NCBI GenBank assembly: GCA_017534885.1
Contig: JAFXVR010000029.1
Span: forward strand, 6,245 to 70,244
DNA: 64,000 nucleotides
From: Clostridia bacterium
Lineage (GTDB): Bacteria > Bacillota > Clostridia > Christensenellales > Aristaeellaceae
Direction of reading: 5' to 3'
The stretch's first letter is position 1, and each line of letters opens with the position of its first letter. The notes under the pieces were generated by a model that was not told where the DNA came from, did not search any database, and saw nothing but the letters and a program-made list of their open reading frames with translations. Of this stretch, positions 1-8,341 are shown one piece after another. The position numbers were made by a program, and so were the translations under genes.

Positions 1-98
1 CGCAAAGCCTCCATGGCAAAGTCTTCATGGCAAAGTCTCTATGGCAAGCAAAAAGGACCGCCGGTTTGATCCGGCAGCCCCTGTTTGCTTTCAGAGAA

Positions 99-683
99 TT
101 ACTCCCCGACGGTCTCCTCGACTTCCTCGGTGATTTCGTCCACGACGTCCTCAACCTCGGGCTCTTCGGGCTCTTCGGTCTCTTCGGTCTCTTCCTCTTC
201 GGTCTCCTCGGCCTCTTCCTCTTCCTCAGCGGCAGTGCCGTAGACGGTCAGCAGGCCAGCGCCCTCTTCGACCAGCTCTTCCATGACAGCCTCGGGGAAG
301 GTGACGGTGACGGTGGTGTCTTCATTGATGACATGCTCCAGCACATACTGGTTCTCACCAACGGCGAAGACCACAACGATCTCTTCCTCGGGATTGAAGG
401 GGGTGGGGAAGGTGAAGGTCACTTCGAGGTCGCCCTCTTCCCATTCGCCGGGCAGAACGACAACCTGCTCCAGGATGACCTTGCCTTCGAGCAGTTCCTG
501 AATCTCTTCATTGGGCTCCCAGTCGTCGAATTCGGGATACTCTTCCGGATCATCGATTTCGATGGCCTCGGTATCAATCTCAATCTCGATGCCCTCGGGG
601 GACTTCACGGGTTCCTCAGCCAGAACGGCCATAGAGGACACCACCATCAGGGCGGCCAGGAGCAGCGCAACAAGCTTCTTCAT
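99..683 (-). CDS. secreted, extremely acidic hypothetical protein
   Basis: ATG at 683 is preceded by an AAAGGAAG RBS. It has the signal peptide MKKLVALLLAALMVVSSMAVLA. The rest is E/D/T/V-rich and ends in a poly-acidic tail. No family recognised. Confidence 0.55.
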   Translation of the reverse strand: MKKLVALLLAALMVVSSMAVLAEEPVKSPEGIEIEIDTEAIEIDDPEEYPEFDDWEPNEEIQELLEGKVILEQVVVLPGEWEEGDLEVTFTFPTPFNPEEEIVVVFAVGENQYVLEHVINEDTTVTVTFPEAVMEELVEEGAGLLTVYGTAAEEEEEAEETEEEETEETEEPEEPEVEDVVDEITEEVEETVGE

Positions 684-1040
684 GGGTAAGACTTCCTTTC
701 TCTCCGGCTTTTCACCGGAATCTTCATTCGATAGAGCCGCACGCCTGTTTGCCAGGCGGCTTGTCCTCTACAAGCAGGGATTATAGCACAATGGATTTGC
801 ATTTGCAAGGGGGTAAAATGTTTTTTTCCGGCATTTCAGGGGTGAAATGTGACGAAATCGGACGCGAAATCTTTAGCAAACTGTCATATTTTCCTCCGCA
901 TCCACGCCATGTAGTGGTGCTGAGCCGAAAAGCTCCCCCACATGTTGTCTTATCCGCCGTTTTTCCGGAATGTTCGCCTATTAACGAAAATTCGCCCCGC
1001 CCGTATAGATTGTTGCGCACCCCCAACCTTAAGCGGGGCG

Positions 1041-1172
1041 CCCCCATCCCCCCGGCCCCCCTTCCCCCGTGCGCGGGGGAAGGGGGGAGGATCTATAGTA
1101 TCCGCGCTGGGGGCGCTTTATGCGAGAAAGCGCCCCCAGACCCCCTGAAAGACGCTCCTGCGGAGGGCCGGG
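1041..1172. repeat. interspersed multi-hairpin element, family A (copy A1, reverse orientation)
   Basis: Contains hairpin CCCCTTCCCCC-GTGCGC-GGGGGAAGGGG, hairpin GCGCTTT.TGCGAGAAAGCGC and the terminal module CGCTCCTGCGGAGGGCC. It can be aligned by eye with copies A2-A7. Confidence 0.8.
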
Positions 1173-1216
1173 GGTGCTCGGCGGGCCGTGACGCCCTTGA
1201 AAGCCGCTCCGTCACG

Positions 1217-1341
1217 GAGGGCGCGAAGGAGGTCCAGGAGGGCGCGCAGTCCCGCGTGTCGCCAGTGGCGACCTTCAGAGCGGGACAAGCGTTGGATAGG
1301 CAAAGCCCGCCTGGTCGCGCCCGCAGGCGCGAAACCCCCTG
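1217..1341. repeat. interspersed element, family C (copy C1, long form)
   Basis: GCGAAGG.GGTCCAGG.GGGCGCGCAGTCCCGCGTGTCGCCAGTGGCGACCTTCAGAGCGGGACAAGCGTTG.ATAGGCAAAGCCC.CCTGGTCGCG.CCGCAG.CGCGAAACCCCCTG. It contains the palindrome GTCGCCAGTGGCGAC. Confidence 0.8.
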
Positions 1342-1376
1342 TAAGCTCCTGCAAGGGGTAAGGGGGATGCCTCCCC

Positions 1377-2774
1377 CTACTTCTTCCCGGCGGGGCAGTG
1401 GTTCCAGGCGTACTCTATGGCGTTCTGGTGATCCTGATTGACCACATTGGTGCCGTGGGTGCGGGAGTTGGTGAAGTGGATGCAGACCTGGCCGGTCATG
1501 CCGTTGTTGGGCAGGGTGTCGCCGTCGGGATTGTGGGGAATGCCGTAGAGGGAGCAGGCGAAGGTGCGCTGGCCGATGGTCACCAGGGAGGGCCGGCGCT
1601 GCCAGAGGTTGCGGTCCTCGATCTCCTGGGGGGTGGAGACGCCGTACATGGCGCAGTAGCGGGCGGTGTCCTCCTTGGTGAGAGGCTCCACATCCGCGTG
1701 ATTGCCGCCGGCGGAGCGCTTCGCCCACCAGACGGTGCCCGTGTACACGTCGTAGACCTTCACGCTGGCGCCCCGCGGCCAGAGCTCCTGGATGCCGCCG
1801 GTGAACCAGTCGATCTTCTCGGCGGGATAGAAGGTCATGTCATAGTTGTCATTGTTGGGATAGGGCTGGGTGCCGAAGAGGGCGTGCTGGGTGGCCGCGT
1901 CCGCCACGCCGGTGGGATTCAGCCCGACGGTCTGCTGGAACTTGATGACCGCCTTTTCCACCGCGCTGGTGAAATTGCTGGTGATGGCGCCGGTGTAGTA
2001 GCCCTGCTCCTTCAGGGCCGTTACCAGCTTTTTCACCGCGTCGCCCGAATCGCCCCGGGCGAGGGTGGTGTAGGTGGCGTAGGGGCGGCTGCCGTCGATG
2101 GTCATCCAGGCGGTGTTGACCTGCCTGGAGGCGCTGCCGTCGCTGACCACCACAAAGACCGCGTAGCGCCCGTACTGGCCCGGGGTGACGGCCACGCGGC
2201 GGTCAGACGAATAGAAGTAGTTGACGGCCTGGCCGGAAGTGTTGTACAGGTTGTAGGCATAGGTGTACACGCCGCTTCCGCCGGAGACGGCCGGCCGGTC
2301 GATGAAGAGGCTTTTCCCGTCGTCGGAGAGGCTCCAGCTGAGCTGGCCCACACTCAGCGGATTGCTGTAGCCGCTGATGCGCTGCCAGCCGATGTTGCGG
2401 GTCTCCTGGCCCCAGGGATCGGTCACGGTGACAAACACGTTGTACAGGCCGTTGTCCCCGGGGGAGACAGCCACGCGGGCGGCGTCGGAGTAGAAATAGT
2501 TGATGGCCGCGCCCTCCGCGCTGTACAGGTTATAGGCGATGGACACCTCCGCGTTGCTCCAGCAGGCCGGGCGGTCGATGAAAAAGCTCTTCCCGTCGGC
2601 GGAGAGCTCCCAGGTCAGGCTGTCCTCCACCCAGAGCTTTTCTCCGCCCTCCTCCAGGTCGCGCAGGAGCTCATCCAGGAGGGAGGGGCTCTCGGCAAAG
2701 GCCGCGCCTGCGATGATGACGCAGGCCAGCAGGGCCAGGGTCCGGATCAGTTTCCGCTGACATCGTGTTGACAT
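1377..2774 (-). CDS. secreted peptidoglycan-binding protein: 2 copies of the window-specific ~85-aa module, a PG_binding_1-like segment and a conserved Cys/His C-terminal domain
   Basis: Track ORF 1377..3113 trimmed to the ATG at 2774 (MSTRCQRKLIRTLALLACVIIAGAAFA signal peptide). The upstream 113 aa are only the translation of repeat element A2. The PG-binding segment reads GDSGDAVKKLVTALKEQGYYTG...FQQTVGLNPTGVAD. The C-terminal ~150 aa are shared with 3233..6157. Confidence 0.75.
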   Translation of the reverse strand: MSTRCQRKLIRTLALLACVIIAGAAFAESPSLLDELLRDLEEGGEKLWVEDSLTWELSADGKSFFIDRPACWSNAEVSIAYNLYSAEGAAINYFYSDAARVAVSPGDNGLYNVFVTVTDPWGQETRNIGWQRISGYSNPLSVGQLSWSLSDDGKSLFIDRPAVSGGSGVYTYAYNLYNTSGQAVNYFYSSDRRVAVTPGQYGRYAVFVVVSDGSASRQVNTAWMTIDGSRPYATYTTLARGDSGDAVKKLVTALKEQGYYTGAITSNFTSAVEKAVIKFQQTVGLNPTGVADAATQHALFGTQPYPNNDNYDMTFYPAEKIDWFTGGIQELWPRGASVKVYDVYTGTVWWAKRSAGGNHADVEPLTKEDTARYCAMYGVSTPQEIEDRNLWQRRPSLVTIGQRTFACSLYGIPHNPDGDTLPNNGMTGQVCIHFTNSRTHGTNVVNQDHQNAIEYAWNHCPAGKK

Positions 2775-3010
2775 GGCTGTGACCTTCTTCCCAGCGCACC
2801 GGGGGTGCAGGGGGCCGCGGCCCCCTCTGCCCCGCTGTTTCAGTTGACTGCTCTTGGTTGTTCTTCCGGCTTCTATCCTATTGTATGTCTGTCGGAAGGT
2901 GGATTCAAGCGGTTTGGATGGGTTGTTACATACATGTCGGGTGGTTGTTACACATTTTGTCTTTGCTGAATGGGGTTTGGCTGGAAGCCAGCGGCCCACT
3001 CCTCGACCCC

Positions 3011-3147
3011 GGCCCTCCGCAGGAGCGTCTTTCAAGGGGGTCTGGGGGATGCTTTCTCGCAGAAAGCGTCCCCCAGACGGTAACCATATAATCCTCCCCC
3101 TTCCCCCGCGCACGGGGGAAGGGGGCCGGGGGGATGGGGGAACCCCT
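3011..3147. repeat. family A element (copy A2)
   Basis: GGCCCTCCGCAGGAGCG...GCTTTCTCGCAGAAAGC...CCCCCTTCCCCCGCGCACGGGGGAAGGGGG...GGGGATGGGGG. Lies between two convergently ended/started minus-strand genes. Confidence 0.8.
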
Positions 3148-3232
3148 TCAAAAAGCGAAGGCGGCTCCGGGAGGGCGATGCCAAAGCCCTCCCGCCTTTT
3201 CTCAGCGGGAGGGCCGGAAGGAACAGTCCGGA

Positions 3233-6157
3233 TTACTTGTGCCCGGCGGGGCAGTTCTCCCAGGCGTACTGGATGGCGGCGGTGTGGTAGGAGTTGACCT
3301 TGTTGCTGCCATGGGTGCGCGAGTTGGTGAAGTGCATACAGATCTGGCCGGTCATGTCGTTGTCGGGGATGGTGTCGCCGTCGGAGTTGTGGGGGATGCC
3401 GTAGAGCGAGCAGGCGAAGGTGCGGTTGCCGATGGTGATCAGCGAGGGCCTGCGCTGCCAGAGGTTCTTGCTCTTGATCTCCGCGGCGGTCTTGACGCCG
3501 TAGGCCTGGCAGAGGCGGGCGGTGTCCGCGGCGGTCAGGGGCTCAATGTCGGCGTGCGCGCCGCCGGCCCAGCGGCGGGCCTGCCACACGATGCCGGTGT
3601 ACACGTCGTAGACCTTCACGGTCATGCCGCGGGCCCAGAGCTCCTGGATGCCGCCCTTGTACCAGTCGATCTTCTCGGCGGGATACAGGGTCATCTCCAG
3701 GTTGTTGTTGGTGTTGGTGCCGATGGGCACGGTGCCGAAGAGGGCGTGCTGAGTGCTGGGGCCGGCAATGCCGTCCACCTCGAGGCTCTTGGCCTGCTGG
3801 AACTTGCGCACGGCCTTTTCCACCGCGCTGGTATAGGTGGAAGTCTCCGCGCCGGTGTAATAGCCCTGGCGCTTCAGTTCAGCCACCAGCCGGCGCACAT
3901 CCTCGCCCTTGGAGCCCAGGCGCAGCGTGTTGTAGGACGCCTCGGGCAGGTTGTTGGTGTTCATGGGCGTGGCAGTGGCGGTGGGATCGGTGTTGACGAT
4001 CACCGTGTTGGTCTGGGTGGCGGTGGGCTCGTAGGTCTCCACCGGCAGGTCACGGCCGTCGGCGTCGCAGAGCTTGATGCAGTCGCCGCGCAGGTAGCCC
4101 TGGCCCAGCTCGGTGTCGCAGAGATACCAGGTGTAATTGCCGGTGGTCACGGGATCCGCCAGGCGGAGCAGAACCTGCCCCTTGCCGATCCGGCCAAGGC
4201 TCCTGCCGGAGTTCTTGGGCGCGGTGCGCACGTTGACGCCGCCCACCGTGGTCTTCAGGTAGCCATAGCTGGCGGTGGGCGCGGGGCTGGGCGTGACGGT
4301 GTTCACCTGATTGTTGGTGTACTGCTCGTATTCCTGCTGGGTCAGCACCCGCACATAGGTGCCCATGATCCAGGCGGCGGTGTTGTTGTAGGTGACGCTG
4401 TACCAGGTGACGCCGCCGATGTACACTGTGCCGGAATAGGGCAGGATGGTGCCCAGGGCGGCCTGGCCCAGGGCCTCGGAATCCTGGGAGGCGGAGCGGC
4501 GGATGTACACCTTGTCCGCGGTGGTGATGATATAGGGGATCGCGATCTGGCTGTTGGGCGTGGCCGTGGGGTTCGGGTCGGGGGTGACATCGGGTATGCG
4601 GTTGTTGTTGAGGTACTCCTGCTGCTGTTCAGCGCTGAGCTTATAGCAGCAGTCCCCGCGCACATAGCCCCGGGTGCCGTTGACATCAATGGGATACCAG
4701 GTGTAGTTCTTCGTGCTCTCGGTGTTGCCGGTCATGGGCCAGACCGTGTTCACATCCACGGTGGAAATGATGGACCCGGCCGCGCTCCGGCGCAGATTGG
4801 TCCGCACCTTGGTGATGCGCACATAGCCGTAGGGCGAGACCGTGGCGACGGGCACGGCGGTGGGGCTGGGGGCGGGGGTGGCGGTGACCGTCACCGGATT
4901 GCCCTCCGCGTCGGTGGTCTTCACGCAGTCGCCGCGCAGGTAGCCCCGCAGGCCGTTGTAGGAGACATAGTACCAGTCGTAGACCTGGCCGTTCAGCACC
5001 TCATAATAGGGCAGCACCACGCCCCGGGGCACATTGGCCACGCGCTCGCCGTCCGGCTGAATGCGCAGGTTGACGCCCGGCAGGGTGGTGCGCACCCAGC
5101 CCAGCTGCGTCAGGGCGATGGTGGACGTGGGGGTGGGAGTGGGGGTGACGGGGACGATGGGCGTGGCCGTGGCCACGGGCACATACTCCGGGTCATACAC
5201 GGCCTGCACGCAGTCCGAGCGCACATAATAGGTATTGCTGTGATAGCTGACGGGATACCAGGTATAGCCGCCGGTGGTGATGGTCGGGCCCACCACGGGC
5301 AGCACGGAGCCGGTGCCCACCCACTGCTCAAGGATGCGGCCGCCGGGGGTTTCGCGTAGGTTGGCCGAGGAGAGAACCAGCCGCACATAGGCGGGGGTGC
5401 CGGTGACGGTGGCCGCGGGGGTGGGGGTGGCGGTGTAATTGGTGTTGTTGCCGGTGGGAGTCGCGGTCGGGCCGCCCACGGGGGTGCCGGAATTGGTCAC
5501 CCGCACAAACTGGCCCATGATATAGCCCACCACGTTGTCATAGCGCGCCTTGTACCAGGGATCGGGATCGTTGGAGGCCGGGATGGTCAGCAGCTCCACG
5601 GTCACGCCGCGCTCCAGGCGGAACATGGAGGGACTCTTCATGGAGGGGCCTTCGCGGAAGTTGACGCCGCCCGCGGTGATCATGCCCGTGGCTCCGGTCA
5701 CCTCGGTGCCGGTGGCGTTGGTGTTGGTGGTGTCCGGCTGGGAGACGGGCAGCACTTCCTCCTGCGGATTGCTGACGGGCTGCGCGGTGGCGCTGACGCT
5801 CAGGCCCAGCTCATAGGCCTCAGCCTCGGCGGGGGTCAGCAGAACAGACACGGCGCTGCTGACATAGCCGATGTACACATTGGCGTCCGTCCCGTCGGGG
5901 TTGCGCATCTCCACCTTATACCAGATGAGGCCTTCCCCGGAGGTGGTGTCCGTGACCGGAAACACCGTGTTTTCCGCCAGCTGGAACCAGTATCCCGCGT
6001 CGCTGGCGGGCTTTTTGCGCACGAAAACACCGTCGGCCGTTGTTTTGCCGTAGGTGCCGGCCGCCAGCGCCGCGCCAAAGTCCGTCGCCGGAAGGATGCC
6101 CAATACCAGGGTCAGACAGAGCAGCATAGCGGCAAACCGCACGATCATGCGTTTCAT
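3233..6157 (-). CDS. secreted cell-wall protein: seven SH3b-like repeats, a PG_binding_1-like segment and the conserved Cys/His C-terminal domain
   Basis: Start moved to the ATG at 6157 (MKRMIVRFAAMLLCLTLVLG, GAGGTGA RBS). There are seven repeats of the pattern G.VN.R..P......L..G..V......(Y)TWY.V...G..GY.RGD.V, separated by PT-rich linkers. The PG-binding segment reads GSKGEDVRRLVAELKRQGYYTG...FQQAKSLEVDGIAG. The C-terminus is a paralog of that in 1377..2774. Confidence 0.75.
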   Translation of the reverse strand: MKRMIVRFAAMLLCLTLVLGILPATDFGAALAAGTYGKTTADGVFVRKKPASDAGYWFQLAENTVFPVTDTTSGEGLIWYKVEMRNPDGTDANVYIGYVSSAVSVLLTPAEAEAYELGLSVSATAQPVSNPQEEVLPVSQPDTTNTNATGTEVTGATGMITAGGVNFREGPSMKSPSMFRLERGVTVELLTIPASNDPDPWYKARYDNVVGYIMGQFVRVTNSGTPVGGPTATPTGNNTNYTATPTPAATVTGTPAYVRLVLSSANLRETPGGRILEQWVGTGSVLPVVGPTITTGGYTWYPVSYHSNTYYVRSDCVQAVYDPEYVPVATATPIVPVTPTPTPTSTIALTQLGWVRTTLPGVNLRIQPDGERVANVPRGVVLPYYEVLNGQVYDWYYVSYNGLRGYLRGDCVKTTDAEGNPVTVTATPAPSPTAVPVATVSPYGYVRITKVRTNLRRSAAGSIISTVDVNTVWPMTGNTESTKNYTWYPIDVNGTRGYVRGDCCYKLSAEQQQEYLNNNRIPDVTPDPNPTATPNSQIAIPYIITTADKVYIRRSASQDSEALGQAALGTILPYSGTVYIGGVTWYSVTYNNTAAWIMGTYVRVLTQQEYEQYTNNQVNTVTPSPAPTASYGYLKTTVGGVNVRTAPKNSGRSLGRIGKGQVLLRLADPVTTGNYTWYLCDTELGQGYLRGDCIKLCDADGRDLPVETYEPTATQTNTVIVNTDPTATATPMNTNNLPEASYNTLRLGSKGEDVRRLVAELKRQGYYTGAETSTYTSAVEKAVRKFQQAKSLEVDGIAGPSTQHALFGTVPIGTNTNNNLEMTLYPAEKIDWYKGGIQELWARGMTVKVYDVYTGIVWQARRWAGGAHADIEPLTAADTARLCQAYGVKTAAEIKSKNLWQRRPSLITIGNRTFACSLYGIPHNSDGDTIPDNDMTGQICMHFTNSRTHGSNKVNSYHTAAIQYAWENCPAGHK

Positions 6158-6390
6158 CACGCCAATCACCTCGCGAAAAATCCTGTCTCCAGGTAATCCA
6201 TGCGCAAAAGGAGCGGACATGTACAGTCCACTCCTATTTTATTGCAAAGTTGTTACGATGTCAAGACAGAATTGTGGATTGGAAGGGAACGGCAGGCGGA
6301 AATCTGAAATATTTACAACCGCATAAGGGTGAATGACGCGGGCGCGGGCAGTTTGCGTCTATATCATTCTTCAGTTTTCAGTATTGTTGA

Positions 6391-6505
6391 GGGTGACAAA
6401 AGGGCGCTTCCAACCTTAGAGCCACGACTGGTTGTGGTGATTTCCGCTGTCTTCCACAACCAGTCGTGGCTTGGTTCAGGAAAGCGCCCTTTTGACATCC
6501 GAATC
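6391..6505. repeat. ~115-120-bp nested palindromic element, family B (copy B1, reverse orientation)
   Basis: Core GAGCCACGACTGGTTGTGG - ~16 nt - CCACAACCAGTCGTGGCT, flanked by the imperfect outer arms GTGACAAAAGGGCGCTT / AAAGCGCCCTTTTGACATCCGAATC. Confidence 0.85.
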
Positions 6506-6520
6506 AGTATTCATTTTGCC

Positions 6521-7486
6521 TCACTGATACCCCACCTTCAGCTTCTCCTGCTTGCAGAACTTCTCCGCCCAGGAGCCGCGCACCACGTAGACCTTCAGGT
6601 CGGGGCTGCAGCCGTACATGGCGCCGGATGGCATTTCGGTAAGGCTCTTCGGCAGGTAGATGGCCTTCAGGCTGAGGCAGAGGTCAAAGGCCTCGTCGCC
6701 GATCTCGGTGACGCCCTCGGGCACGGTGACGGTCATGAGGTTTTCGCAGGAGGCGAAGGCCCTGGCGCCGATCTTCCGGGTGCCCTCCGGGACGGTGCAG
6801 GCGGCCCGGGTGTCCCCGAGGGGGTAGGCCAGCAGGGTGCTGCCATCCTGGCTGAAGAGCATGCCGTCCTCCACCTTCAGGGCCGGGTGGTCCGCGGAGA
6901 CGACGAAGTCCGTCAGCGCGGTGCAGCCGGTGAAGGGCGAAGCGCTCAGCCCAGCCAGGCTGTCCGGGAAGGTCACCGAGGTCAGGTACCTGCAGCCGGT
7001 GAAGGCCCCCTCGCCGATTTCGACCGTGCCCTCCCGGATCACGAGGCTTTCACCCTCCCGGGCGGCCGGGTAAGCCAGGAGCTTCTGTTTCTGCTTGTCG
7101 TAGAGGGCGCCGTCCTCCACCTCAAACACGGGATGGGTGCCCTTGACCCGGAACTCCGCCGCCTCGGTCAGCAGGGCGAAGGGGTTCTCCCGGATCACCC
7201 GCACCGAGTTGGGGATGGTCACGCTCCGGACCGCCGTCACCCCGTTGAGGGGGATGAAGATCACCAGCCCGCTGACCTCGGTGACCCGCTTCTTGTCGAT
7301 GCGGCTGGGGATGACCAGCTCTTCGCTGTCCGGGTAGAGGTGCTTCTTCAGCGACAGGCTCCCGTCGGAGAGGACGACATACTCGCTGCGGCGGTCGCCG
7401 CTCCTCGTCCATTTGCCCTCGGCCAGGGCGGACAGGCTGAGGGTCAGGAGCAGCAGGGCCAGGGCAAGGCAGAACAGTTTCTTCAT
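6521..7486 (-). CDS. secreted BspA-type leucine-rich repeat (LRR_5-like) protein
   Basis: GGAGGA RBS and signal peptide MKKLFCLALALLLLTLSLSALA. It has repeated ~23-aa units such as VTIPNSVRVIRENPF, VTFPDSLAGLSASPFTGCTALTDF and VTVPEGVTEIGDEAFDLCLSLKAIYLP. Confidence 0.75.
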   Translation of the reverse strand: MKKLFCLALALLLLTLSLSALAEGKWTRSGDRRSEYVVLSDGSLSLKKHLYPDSEELVIPSRIDKKRVTEVSGLVIFIPLNGVTAVRSVTIPNSVRVIRENPFALLTEAAEFRVKGTHPVFEVEDGALYDKQKQKLLAYPAAREGESLVIREGTVEIGEGAFTGCRYLTSVTFPDSLAGLSASPFTGCTALTDFVVSADHPALKVEDGMLFSQDGSTLLAYPLGDTRAACTVPEGTRKIGARAFASCENLMTVTVPEGVTEIGDEAFDLCLSLKAIYLPKSLTEMPSGAMYGCSPDLKVYVVRGSWAEKFCKQEKLKVGYQ

Positions 7487-7501
7487 CGGTTATTCCTCCG
7501 C

Positions 7502-8341
7502 TTATTCGTTCCGGGGAAAGGCGTACCATTTCCCGTTTTCACCGGCCTGCCTGAGAAAGCGGTCCGCTTCCCCGGCCAGCTCTTCCGTCAGGTCGGTGTC
7601 GATATTGTGTCCGCAGTTGGAATACAGAACCAGCTTGCAGTGCGGCAGGCAGCGGGCCGTCCGCGTCATCAGCTCCGGCGTGCTGATCGGGTCGTCCGTC
7701 CCGCCCAGCATCAGGGTCGGCGTCCGGATGGAGGCCAGGGCTTCGCGCAGCCTCTCCTCCGTGCCGCAGCGCATCAGGGGCCGGCCGTAGTCGATCCGCT
7801 TCTCCCTCTCGTCGGCTTCCGGCAGCCCGGCCAGCCACTCCTCGCGCTTCCGCCTCCGCCTTTCCCTTCCCGGATCGCTGTCGATCGGCGGATCAAAGGG
7901 CGGCGGCTCGGAGATGAGCCCCTGCATCAGCATCTGCCGGTAGGACATCGCGCCCTCCGCGAGGCTGTGCGGGCCCGGCACCACGGCCACAAAGGCTTCC
8001 ACCCGCCCGGGGTGGCGGAGCGCCAGATGCCAGCCCACGCCCGCGCCGTGCGACGCGCCCATGTAGGCGAACCGGCTGATGCCCAGCGCGTCGGCCAGGC
8101 AGATCACATCGTCCGCGAAAACGTCATACCAGGCGTCCCCGTAATCCTCCGTCACATAGGAGGAGGGCGCAAAGCCGCGGAGGGTCATGCAGAGAACCCG
8201 GTATCCCCTTTCGGCCAGCGCCTGCTGCAGTCCGGCGGGGGCAAAACCGGCCTGGGCGGAGAGAACATAACGGTCTCCCGCGCCGTACACGTCATAATGC
8301 AGGCGGATCCCGTCCCCGGTCAGCACACTGCCCGCCGTCAC
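7502..8341 (-). CDS. alpha/beta-fold hydrolase
   Basis: Nucleophile elbow G-A-S-H-G (YMGASHGAGVGW), a late conserved H (SNCGHNIDTD) and a typical length. The GTG start overlaps the stop of 8338..9327 (GTGA), which suggests translational coupling. Confidence 0.7.
   Translation of the reverse strand: MTAGSVLTGDGIRLHYDVYGAGDRYVLSAQAGFAPAGLQQALAERGYRVLCMTLRGFAPSSYVTEDYGDAWYDVFADDVICLADALGISRFAYMGASHGAGVGWHLALRHPGRVEAFVAVVPGPHSLAEGAMSYRQMLMQGLISEPPPFDPPIDSDPGRERRRRKREEWLAGLPEADEREKRIDYGRPLMRCGTEERLREALASIRTPTLMLGGTDDPISTPELMTRTARCLPHCKLVLYSNCGHNIDTDLTEELAGEADRFLRQAGENGKWYAFPRNE

Noticed and set aside
12-50. Three tandem ~14-bp copies of CATGGCAAAGTCT at the left edge of the window.
   Set aside because: The repeat is too short and is cut by the window boundary, so it cannot be interpreted. 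The adjacent weak hairpin plus T-run (about 45-90, minus strand) may be the terminator of 99..683, but the stem is only about 5-6 bp.
749-1441. ORFs lying inside repeat elements. Examples are 749..1441, 2854..3297, 9269..9588, 11411..12223, 11527..12030, 15828..16226 and 46868..47305.
   Set aside because: Their peptides (..PSAGASFKG.., ..GEGGRGDGGTP.., ..VSPVATFRA..) are just translations of family A/C/E repeats in various frames. They recur wherever the repeat occurs, lack RBSs and are not credible genes.
1398-2771. Very long ORFs antisense to confidently called genes. Examples are 1398..2771, 3134..5359, 6329..8452, 9768..11378, 13660..15381, 17866..19476, 19778..21058, 24559..26532, 29727..31130, 36338..38128, 41842..43998, 45295..46947, 48387..50399, 52639..53952 and 55194..56717.
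   Set aside because: Their products are G/A/R/P/H/V-rich low-complexity strings with no motifs and no RBS. Each fully overlaps a gene with clear family signatures. Long stop-free antisense frames are expected in GC-rich DNA.
2775-3113. N-terminal extensions of track ORFs. Affected ORFs are 1377..3113, 3233..6220, 13465..15918, 24343..26607, 27987..31247, 36038..39892, 50288..52393 and 58506..59678.
   Set aside because: In every case an internal ATG with a strong AGGAGG-type RBS is followed by a signal peptide or the conserved family N-terminus. The upstream codons run through intergenic repeats.
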